In this document: one piece after another, positions 1 through 11,009 of the stretch | Layout of the letters: the number at the start of each line of letters is the position of its first letter | How positions within the stretch are numbered: the first letter of the stretch is position 1 | Assembly (NCBI GenBank): GCA_004431415.1 | Contig: QPMI01000040.1 | Location: 310,001 to 374,000, forward strand | Source of the DNA: Cyanophora paradoxa CCMP329 | Lineage: Eukaryota; Plantae; Glaucophyta | Length of the DNA: 64,000 nt | Direction of reading: 5' to 3' | Program-made: the position numbers and the translations under genes | Notes under the pieces: generated by a model | What the model saw: only the letters and a program-made list of their open reading frames with translations | Told to the model about the DNA's origin: nothing | Database searches by the model: none

Positions 1-1710
1 CGTCCCGGTGGGCTGGGTTGGAGCTCCCGGAGGCGGCTCCCCCCCCCCCCCCCCCCCCCCCCCCCCGACCGCATCCCGCGGGACCGGGAGCCCCCCCTCC
101 CCGGCAGGCCTCGAGGAGGAGGGATGCGAAGCGGGCGATTAATATTGCCGCCTGCGCCCTCTTCGAATTCTCCTCCCTCGAGCTCCTCCTCGAGGCCGCC
201 GGGCGCCCCGAGGCCGCCGCCGCCGCCCGCCCGGGACCCCCGCCACGCCGCCCTCCTCGAGGCCGGCCTCGCCGCCGCCGCCGAGGCGCGGGCGCGGGCG
301 CGCTCGCTAGAGGCGGCGGGGCGCGTCGACGTCCCCGGCCCGAGGCGGAGGCTGACGCCATCGCGTGCCCGCCGGGGGGGGCGGGGCTGACCTTGCGGCA
401 GCTAGCTCGAGGCGGTGGACCTCGCGCGCCTCGAGCCCGACGAGCTCGAGCCGGCCGGCACCCCCGCCGCCTCCGCAAGTACGAGGAGGCGGCGGGGCGT
501 TTCCAGGACGCCGTCGTCGGGGGGCGCCCCACCCCGCCCCGCCCGGCCCTGAGGAGAGGGGGAGGGGAGGGGGGGGGGGGGGGCGAGGGGGGAGGGAGTG
601 GGGGCCTGCGGGTGGCGATCTCGGGGGCACAGGCGGCGCCGGACGTGCTGGCCATGGCGGCGCTGGGGCCCGGCGAGTACCTCGACGTCGCCCACTGGGG
701 CCTCGCCAAGGCCGGGGCGCCCCGCCCCCGCCCACGCCCCGGCCCGGCCGCGCGCCCCTCACCGCCCCGCCCCCAGACGAGCAGCGCGGCGCGGCGCGCG
801 GGGCCGGCGAGACGGGGCGACTGCTGGCGGCGCAGCGGGGGCGGAGGCGGCGGAGGGGGCGCTGGTGGCGCTGCGGGAGGCGTGCGCCGGGGGCGGCCCG
901 CGCCCCCCCCCTCCCCCCCCCCCCCCCCCCCCCCCCCCGCGGAGCTCGAGGAGTCCCTGCGCGCCGCCGGCGCCGCCGTGCGCCCCGCCGGCCCCGCCGC
1001 ACGCCGCCGGCCCCGATGCGGCGGCGCAGGTCGCGGCGCCGCCCGCCCGCATGCGCAGCGGAGGCCCCCGCCAAGCCCGCCAGAGGCCCCAGCCGCTGCC
1101 CCCCGGCGAGGCCGGTGGGCGCGAGGAGACGGCGGCCGCCGCCGCCCGCATCGCGATCGTCGCCACGGCAATCGTGCGCGGGTGGGGGCCCCCGGGGCGC
1201 GGGGGCGTGACGGGGCGGCAGCTGGCGGAAGAGCCCGAGGTGCTGGGCGGCGTCGTGTGGAGGCGCCCCGCGCCGCCCCCGCCGCCCCGGGGCCCGGGCG
1301 CCCCGGCGCGCGCCGCTCGCCACCGGCGCCGCCCGTCGCGCCGCCTTCCTCGAGCCGCTCCTTCCGGGCCGCCCGCCCGCCCCGCCGCCGGCCGGCCGGC
1401 CGGCCGGGGCGGAGCGCGACGCGGGCGCGCAGCCCTTCATGCGCCTCTGGAGGGAGCCGTGGCGGCGGGTGCGGCCCGCGGCGCAGGCGGCGGCCCCGCC
1501 CTTCGCGCCCCTCGTCTGGCTCCCGACGCCCGCCCTCGATCTCGAGCTCCTGCATCCGCCCCTGGCGAGGCGCGCCGCAGCGTTAGAGGCGGAAGCGGAG
1601 CCGCCGGGTCCCGAGGGGCGCCGGCGTGCCCTGCAGCTGCGCGAGGCCCGCCCGCCTCGCCGCCGCCCGCCTCGCCCGTCCCCGAGCCGGCGACGGCAGG
1701 CGGAGCGGCT

Positions 1711-1748
<38 letters not shown>

Positions 1749-2500
1749 CTGCGGGGCGGGGCAGCGCTGCTGCGCGGGGGCGGCGGGGAGGGGCAGCCAG
1801 CAGCATGACGAGGGGGCAGCATCTTCCTGCGGAGCAGGAACAAGCTTTTCTCGGGCCGGCATCGTGTCCGGCATTTAATTTCAATATAGAGTTAGGGCAC
1901 ACTCGGCAATCCGGGAGGCGCTGCTGGGCGTCCTCTCCCTCGACCGCGGCCCCGCCCCTCTCGCGCAGGCTCTCGAGCTCGCCAGCACCGTCGCTTCAAG
2001 CGGCGGCGAGCAGCTAGCGCTGGCGAGGACGCTGGCGACGAGCTGGGCGTACCCTGTGACGGCGGCGGGGGGGGGGGGGGGGGGTGGGGCGGGCGGAGTC
2101 CGGGGCGCCGTCCTCGGCGTGCCACGTGCACACGGGGTCGCCACGTGCACCGGGCGGGCGGGCGCGGGAGGCGGCAGGCGAGGCAGGACGACGGCGCCTG
2201 CCGCCCGGTGCCGCCTGCACGCCGCGCCCGGCGAGGGGGGCAGGAGGGGGGGGGGGGGGGTGGGGAGCCCCAGGGGAGCCCGCAGGGGGGGCGGCGAGCC
2301 TGCAGGGGCCCATCGGGGGCCCGCCGGGGGCCAGGGGGCCTGCCGGGGGCCGGGGGGCCTGCCGGGACCGACAGGTTGGAGTCAGCTCCGAAGCTCGACG
2401 GGTTGCGCACCGCGTGGCCTTTAATTTCGCAGCCCTCTCCAGAGCCTCAGGCCTCACACGCCTCCGAGGCTCCGGTGCGAAATATAACTGTTTCCTTGTG
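1..2500 (+). CDS. Probable 3' part of an unidentified gene, very GC-rich, frames broken at long G/C homopolymers
   Basis: Protein-like segments in shifting + frames (LFEFSSLELLLEAA; VAISGAQAAPDVLAMAALGPGEYLDVAHWGLAK; PFAPLVWLPTPALDLELLHPPL; VRAHSAIREALLGVLSLDRGPAPLAQALELASTVASSGGEQLALARTLATSWAYP). No recognisable domain; ends are approximate. Confidence 0.35.
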
Positions 2501-3455
2501 TTGAGCGCTTGAAGGAAACCGAGCGCTTGACGTTCCTTCCAATTCAACCGCGTGATCTGCCTCGCGTGCATCTCTAGATCTCATGCTCATGCCTCAGGAT
2601 TATATGAGTGATGTAGGATGCGACAACACTTAAAGACAACGATCACATTATCAAGATATATAGATGCGAAACGCACGGAATATGTAGTATGTCTAGCGGT
2701 TCGATTCGGCCTAACTCGCAGAGTCTGCGACTGCTCGTAACCTAGCTGAAGGGCGCCGGCCAGAACGATGAAATCCTTGCACTGGATACAAATGCAAAGA
2801 TATATCGATATCTTTCCAGATGAGACTCGGAGCTTTCCGAAAAGACACAAAACGCACACAGCACACAATATATCGAAAAGTCAAGCGCTAGCTGAAAAAG
2901 AGATTGCAAAAGCGCGGAGAACTTGGTTGAATCGAAGGTGCATCAGGGTACACGAGGGACGAGGTCCAGCTCAAGCTCAGCTTGCACACTTGCACAATAA
3001 TAATAAGGAGTCTTTTTGAGAATTATAAGGAGTCCTACTTGCACACGGCGGAAGCTACACTTGCACAATAAGAAAGTCCCAATTGCACAGGCCTAGGGCG
3101 GACGCCTGCTGCAGGCAACACTGACGAAGGAGGCGCCTCATCTAATACAAGCTTAACAGGCATCGGCGTAAGCCTAGCCGCCTAAAAGGCCGCGTCATGA
3201 TCAGCGGCGAAACAAAAGGGATGCAATGCGAAATACCCATATAGTCTTTGGCAGGCAATGATACATCCAATACAAGAGGCAGCGAAGATCGTTTTGCGAC
3301 GCTGCGCTAGCATATGCATAGCAACTATTACAGAGACTCGAACACTCTACGCATCCATTGACTGGAGTCACAAAATGGGTTCTCGAACTTCCACCAAGAA
3401 GCTACAGAACTGCATAGAAATTGCATGGGAGCGTGAAGTGAAGTTCGAACACTGT

Positions 3456-6400
3456 TCAGCGTCGAAGATGGGTGATGCGGTGAAGCGCGAGGGCCTTGCC
3501 GGCTTCAAAGGCGACCCAGTAGGCAGCCAGAATCCCCAGGTTCGCCCACTGCGCGAGAACGTCAATTTATCCAGGGAAAACAGGTCTTCAAACCAGATGC
3601 GGGCGAATAGATAGATACCTGGCGATCAGGGTTGAGGTCGTAGCGCGCCAGAACAGCCGCTCCTGTCGGGAAGCAGAGCTCCGTGGAGGCCATTCTGTCG
3701 ATAGAGCGAATTGCATGTCGATTGCGGGGCGAAAGGGTGGCGCGGGGTGGGGGAAGGGGGGAGGGGGGGGGGAGAGGGAGGGGGAGGGTGAAAGAGCGGT
3801 TGCGCACTGGGGGCTGCAACCCTTAAACACGATGTTGGACAGCTCGTTCGTAGCCAGGCCCTCGAAGGGGTACCTGATTAAACACTTTAGAAGGCGAGAT
3901 TGCAATGCAGCCGGGTATGAATGGCTTATAGCTGCACCGGAACCAGTGGAGGTAGAAGAACCAAATCCACGCCCGAGGGATGTCTGGGCCCGGAATCTGC
4001 GGTGCATCAGGATTATAATTATTTCCGCTGGATGCTGAATCGCTGGAGAAATGTGAGCCCGCACCATGAAGCCCGCGAAGAAAGCGCCACACGCAAGGAC
4101 GGCAGAGGCAATCGCGAAGACTACCGGTGCAATCTGCACGACGAGCATGACGACGAGTTGAAATGAAGCACCGCGGCGAAGCGGAGGGTCCCGGACCGGC
4201 AGGGCAAGAGCGAGGAACTCGATAAATGAGCTGTTCACGAGCGTCCAGACACACGCCATCAGAACCGCGTATCCCATATGACTGCGAACCCGGGGTGAGC
4301 CGCGTGACGCGAGATGCGAGACGTACGCGCGAGCCGCACCCCTGAATCCGGAAGCCGCAAAGGGGGTACACAATGGCGATGCAGGCGACGGCGTTGACGA
4401 TGTGGAAGGCGGACAGCACGACGAGGTTCGAGACCTGAGGAGGCGATCGGGGCCTACACGGAACCTGAAGCAATATATATACGGCACCTGCTGCGCAAGG
4501 GGATTGACTAGACCTGTGGGGTGTCACGATCAGCGGCGATCCAAGCTTAGGCGGCCATGGCCACGCGCGCGGTCGAGGTCGGCGGCTCGCGCGCGTGCAC
4601 GCCTTGGGCCCGCTCGCGGTAGTAGACGTCTCGCAGGCTGCAGTGGCTCGTGATGTCCCCAAGCGCTCTGAAATCAAACAGTTCGCGATCAGTGCGAACC
4701 CACGAGCGATGCGATTTGGTAGACCCATGATTAGGGAGCGGACCGGAAGTAGAAGTATAGCGTCATGCAATACATGGCGGAGAGGCGGAGGCGAGCGGAT
4801 GGCTGGTCCTCCCCCATCTGGAACCTGGATGCACAGCCCCGAGTTCGGAAATTAAAGAAGCCAAGGAGCAGCCCAGATTGCTTGCAAGCGAGCACCAAGT
4901 GGTGCCGGCGATGAGAGCGACGATTAGGTTGCTGAAGACAGAGGTTAGAGATGGAGGAGCCATTTAAATCCCCAATCAAGGTAGCACGCACCTGGCAACG
5001 CTGACCCAGAAGCGCTGCCGCTCGCGCCACAGCCAGCGGGCCTTGCGGTCAATCAGCAGAGCGACCTGAGGTGTGTGTCGACTTCAATGATATGATCATG
5101 AACTCTTCAGGAGTCAAGTGTTGGGTCACCTGGCGGCCAAAGCCCGGTCGCTGGGGCACGCGGGGCGCCTCCTTGGCGGATACTGTGCGAGAGCGGGAGT
5201 CCTTGAGGGGCAGAGCGTCAAAGGCGCTGGACAAAGCGAAGAGCGCACGGGCGGCCTCTAGCTCCGAAATCTGCTCCTGAAGCGTCCTGGCCAGGGCACT
5301 TGCCTGCAAGGGTCGAATTGCACACGTAGCGTCTGAAAGCTCTAGATCTTTCCAAGCCCACCTGGAACTGAGCCGCGATTTCGTCGGCGGCGCGGTTCAT
5401 GCGCGTACGGGAGAGCACTGCGGTCGTCGGCGCGGGAGCGCCCGCTTCCGAAGCCTCCCGCTCGGACGCGGGCGGCGGGCTCGAGGCCATGCCCAGTTTA
5501 TTTGTGATGCGCAAAGCAGTCTGGCCCTCTGACCGCCGGGCGGACCGGCCTGCTGCGGTCTGCACATGTACACGCAATCCGATCAGAACCGCACTTGTGC
5601 GCAATTTTTCACATTCCGCGCGCGTATTTTATAATCGATATCCCTGTACCTCGATAACGAAATCTGCCGGGTTGCGGAATGGGGGGAGGTCGTAGCCTGG
5701 CCACGGAATGATTAATATTGACGAGCGTATGAGTGCGACACCGAACCTGGCAATAACGTCAACGTACCCAGCTCGGAGAAGAAGGCAAGTACTTTCGAGC
5801 AGCGCTCCCCAAGCTCTCCTGCATCGGCAGTGAGACGACCTTCGCGCTTTCCGATGGAAACATATTGTGGACCGCAGAATACGGGGAAACCGCCCTTCTT
5901 CAGCAGAATCAAGTAGTCGAAGAGGGAGAAAAGCTGTTGCGACGGCTGGCTGCTCGGCGGGGACCATCAGCTGGAGCCACTTTTCAAAAGAAATGTACAC
6001 GCAGCGTGCTTACTGGATCGTCGCAACAGTGGCCTGCCCTTTGCTGGCAATCCGGCGCAGCAGCTGCAAAGCATTAGCGATAAGAACCAAATCCGAAACG
6101 CTATATATGGGAGTCCAGAGCGCTTAAAGCGCTAACCTTGCCGACGCGCAGTGCTGCCATCGAGTCCAGGCCAGTCGTGGGCTGCAAAGGAGGCGGCGTA
6201 AGAAGCAGCGGAGTTGAGAAGCCGCGCGTGAGTGCAACGAAGGCACGGGCCTCGTCCAGGAACAGAATCTGGGGGCGCGGAACGAGCTCCATCGCAATGC
6301 ACGTCCTCTTACGCATCTGGCGGGTCCGGAATCGAATACGTCATTCCCTCGCATATTTCCAGATGCATGTTGCCGTCTACCTACCTCGACAGGAATTCCG

Positions 6401-9400
6401 CCCCCCGCGAGGGTCCCGATCACGAGGCCTGCAGCTGCCTCCAAATCGAGCTCCCGCAGTGCCCACTCCGCCTAAAGCCGAGCACAATCGATCGAAAGAG
6501 TTGAGTTTCAGTAAAGGGCAATTCAACGCCTGCCGCGCACCGCGGCGAGCTTTTCGTGACGGGGCACGCTGTTATCCAGGCGGACCATGGCAGAGAGCAC
6601 AACCGCTTCCCGAACCGTCTGCGGCGCGTGAGGAGGGGCGGAGCGTGAGTCACGATGAACGCCGCCTCCGATCCGAGAACGAGCGAGAGCGGCAGAAATT
6701 ACGAAGAGCACCATGGTTGGGAACAGGAGGTCGAACTGTTCGACGTACGAAGAGAAGCGCGCGAAACCGCCGCCGGGAGGCAGAGGTCGCCCGTTCAGTT
6801 TGATCTCGCCCGACACGGTCCCGGTAGTCTTCCTCCCCGCCAGAACATCGATCAGAGTAGTCTTTCCCGCTCCCGAGGCGCCCATGAGAATAGTGAGGCT
6901 TCCGCCCCGCACGATCCCAGAGACACCGTTGAGGAGCCGCTTCAATTGGCCGCCTGCAGAAAGATAGCGATGAGGGTCCAAGTCCCTTCGACAACATCGA
7001 TTTCGATCGGGATCGGAGCGCACCGGTCTTCTCGTCAGGAACGTCGTAGCAAAGATTGCGGAACGTGAGCGCCGCAGCGGGTGGCCGCGAAATGTCATGG
7101 TATTCGTCCCCGCGCGCTACCGAGACGTTGACCACCAGGACTGAATTGCCTGGCATCTCCGTCTGCTTATAATTGAGACTGGGATCCGATTTTCCTGCAG
7201 GACGATGCGTGTCCAGCTCGGCCGGAGCGGGTGCCGAGAACGTCTCCAGTTCGACGCCAGGAAGCTTTTCCTCAGCGACAGCCATCGCAGAAGAGAAGGG
7301 ACGCCGGGGCCGGGAAAAGCGCGCGCCAAGGGCCGCCACTGTGAGCCACGCAAGCCAGTAGCCCAGCGAAATCAGAACATTGTACCTGCCGAAAAATTGT
7401 GTGAACCAAAGGCAAGCGCTAGATCATGTACTTGAAAAGTGGAGCTCACCAGTACCAGGCCGGGTCAGTGTTCATTCCAAAAGTCTCTAGGATGGCCGCG
7501 CCGCCGTTCGGCAAACCTTCCACCGACAAGTCCCACAGTTCTGCACAATCGGCGCCATTGATTGACAGATTACACGACGTTGTGCGGCCGTTCGCACCGT
7601 TGACGCAGAGCGCCTCGTGGGGGTACGAGAAGTAGGACCAGTAACGGGCCCACTTCCACCAAGAGGGAAGCGACTCTCGCGGGACTACAAATCCGCAAAA
7701 GATGAAAGAGAGGGCAGGCAAAATAGGCGCCAGCGAGGAGCAGACCTGACCAACGAAAGGTTGATTTGCTCGCAGCGATTCGGAATTCGCACAGTGTCGA
7801 ATCGAAATCAAGGCACCTCGGGGACGGCAAAGAGCTGGCACAGAGCCAAAACAGACGCGTCGGCGATCAGTGACATCTGTGCATAGGCGGTGAGACATTT
7901 GATTTAGCTCTGACGGGAGAAACGGCATGTAGCGCTGGCGAGCCTGGAACAGAACGAGGAGGAATCTCGCGAATCGCTGGTGCCCGTCGACCACTTGCAG
8001 GCCGGCCGCATGGTACGCCACCAACGAAAATAGTACGACCTGGAGAGGGCTTGTTAACAAACGGGCTTCCAACGAGGCGAAAGCTCACTAACCTCGACGA
8101 AGAGTCGTGGAATTTCCGATATGACATTCGCGACAACCCACTGCAGATTCACTAAGCCGCCGAGCGCGCACGAGAGGCCAGGCATGAGAGAGAACCAGGC
8201 CCGCGCACAAGCTCGGGGCGGTACGTTCCATCCTGCGTCTGCGCGTGCATGACCCGCCGATTTTCGTAGTTGATGTCGATCTGTCATGATATAGAATGTC
8301 ATGATCGAGATCTGTCTGTCGATTTGATGTAAAGAGAGGGGACCTTCGAGAGAGCCATAAAGGCAAAAACAAGGAGGCAAGCCTGCACGCAAACATTTGT
8401 CTCCGAGGCTCAAATTAAACACGCACGCAATTGCAATGTGGCGCTGGCGCAGGCGACGTCAGCATGCGCGCCTGCAGATACGAGACGCGGTTGACGGCCC
8501 CGGTCGACGTTGCTGGCATCTAGAAGCAGGTATGTTCGCGGCGACGGCCGCGACGTCATATGTTAGGGACAGAACGAGACGATGAAAGGGGCGACGCGTA
8601 CAAGGCAGCGTTTACCTGGCAAAAGAGAGTGCCGAGAATGAAAGCGATGACGAGGGACTGAATGATGCGGGAGAAAAGGGGCTCCCGATTCCGGAAGAGG
8701 AGGACGTTGAAACGGGCGTACAGAAATTTGAACTGCGTTTGCCTCCAGTTAACTCTCAGATGCAGACTGAGCGATACCTCTTATCTTCACTCTACCTGCT
8801 TTGTACCAGGCGCAGCGTACTGGCGCTCGATATTGATCTGCATATCCACGCATCGAAATAAATCCGCCGGATGGAAACCAGCTGCAGGCGGGACTGCTTT
8901 CACCTCGGGGACGACGTTTGCAGAAGACAGGCTAGATCCCCCCGTCAACGCTGGGGGAAGCGGCTGACTGCGCGACGGACCGAAAGTCAGAGGCAACGCG
9001 TATACGCAGAAAACCCAACGATCATGCTGTAACGCACTTCAGCGCCTTGTTATCGGCGAAGAGGGTAGACGCCGAATCATCGACTTTAACCTGGGCGTGC
9101 GATTAATTAAGTACTGTGCGACAAAGCTGCAAACGAAACGCACCTCAAAGTCGGCTTCGCCCGAGGGAATGAACATGGCATTTGTGCCACGTACACGGGA
9201 CTCCGAATTGGACGCGATCGAGACTAGAAAGTCCTGCGCATATATACGATCGATTCGATCAATGCGCTTAACATATGAAATAGCAGTGCGGCGCACGGGT
9301 GGGCTCAGCGCGTCAACATTCTTGATCCCCAGCACATCTTCAAAGTGACGGACGGGAGCGAGGCCGCCGGAACCCTTCGGAACGTTAAAACACGGAAGCT

Positions 9401-11009
9401 TAGAAGGCACTGGGGGCCCGCGGACCTGGTAGACGCATCGTCCGGGAGCAAGGAGGATCAAGTCGTCAAAGAGGCTGTACACCTCCCTGCGCAAGAACCG
9501 CGTTTTGAGTTTCGAAGTGTATCTGTTTGAATTTGTGCAGATGGTTATCAGACCATGAGGGCTGCAGAAGAGAGCAAATGACGGCCACGCCGGACTCGGC
9601 AAGGCTGCGGAGCGCGCGGCAGAGGTCGAGCGACGCTGCCGCGTCCAAACCTGCGCAGGGGCCGCTGTCGGCAAGCGAAGGTGAAGGGAAGCGGGTGGTG
9701 CAGGATTGCGTGCCGTCTGTGGGCTGGTCCAGAATCACTACGCCCTTGCCTCCCTAAGAGGCCGCCGCCCTTTTAAAGAGAAGATATCGATTAAAAGGCG
9801 AGTGGGGGGTCACACCCCCACGAGTTGGCTCGCCACGGTCAGCCGTCGCCGCTCGCCGCCTGAGATACCGCGGACGTTGTGATCCCCGACAGAAGAGTTC
9901 ATCACCTGCGAAACACACACATTTCAGTAAACCATGGCCAACTGACATCAAAGCTTGAACCCAGCCGGCGCGCCTGGATTAGATTTAGAACCATGCCCGC
10001 TGCGAGCGTCATTGCGTGCGCGTCCCGCAGGTCCGTGGCGTCCCGTTCGTCCTTAGTGGACCGCTTCATATGCGCCGCGAACTCCAGCGCTTCCTTGACC
10101 GTCAACTGGGCTGCATATATATACGGAATATTATATATCAAAGGCTTAAAGTGGCAGTGTATGGATTCGCACGGTAATGGCACCCGTCGTCTTGTTGGAC
10201 AATGACCACGCGCCTGCGCATTTTGCGTTGGGATTCGGAGAAGTCTCGATTGCAATTGTCCACGCACCTCGCAAAGGCAGCGCTGTTGCGGGCGAGCTCG
10301 CCGTTAAGCTCCACTCTCCCACCCACATGCCCAGCTTGCTTGAGCTCTCCGCAGCGGTTTGCAAGAATTTGCAGCAAAGCACTCTGCACTCAGTGCCGAT
10401 CCTCAATTCAGAAAGGAGATTCTGAAAGAATTCAATGCTTCTACCTTGCCCGAGAAAGCCGGCCCCAAAACACAAGTCATGGTACCCGGCTGTGAGACAA
10501 AAGTGTTTAGAATCAAGACAGAGTTTTACACGCACGTAATTATAAACACGCACGAGAAGCTTGCCCGAGATAGGGGCGAGCACGTAACGCCGGTGCTTGA
10601 CAAGACCGATGCTCTCGCTGATGCTCCTGCTCCCGACCATCGGTTACGTAGACCACGGGCTACTGGCAGGAATAATTATATAAATGCGGTGGCGCACCTT
10701 GCCAGCCTGGCCCCGACTTTGCGCACTTGCGGCCCGGACTGCGACTGGAGCTGCGGCGCGGCCTCCTTGACCGAGAAACTAACATTCTCTGCACAGAAAA
10801 ACCAAGCTTCAGAAAATTCGAACTGTCTAAAAGTTTGTTAAGAAACCGCGGAACCAAATGTAAGGTGACAAGTGCCGTAAGTCTCGATGTCAGAGAGAAT
10901 CTAGTCGGCAACATTATGTAGTAGAAAGGACATGAAGAGGAATCATCGCTCTCTTTACCTGCGCTGGCTGGGACCCTACACTGGGCTGCTTCGGAACGAC
11001 CACGAAGTT
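3456..11009 (-). CDS. Full-size ABCG/PDR transporter exons (NBD1-TMD1-NBD2-TMD2)
   Basis: NBD1: GPAFSGKS, VRGISGGERRRLT, ILDQPTDGLD, SLLQP. TMD1 about 7440-8650 (FIFCGFVVPRESLPSWWKWARYWSYFSYPHEALCVN). NBD2: GASGAGKTTLIDVLAGRKT, YVEQFD, GIPVEMRKRTCIAMELV, LFLDEPTTGLDS. TMD2 about 3460-4950 (FFAGFM, IPGPDIPRAWIWFFYLHWF, RYPFEGLATNEL). Confidence 0.95.

Noticed and set aside
2980-3090. Clustered TTGCACA motifs between the convergent genes
   Set aside because: No TIR, TSD or regular period found; cannot be assigned.
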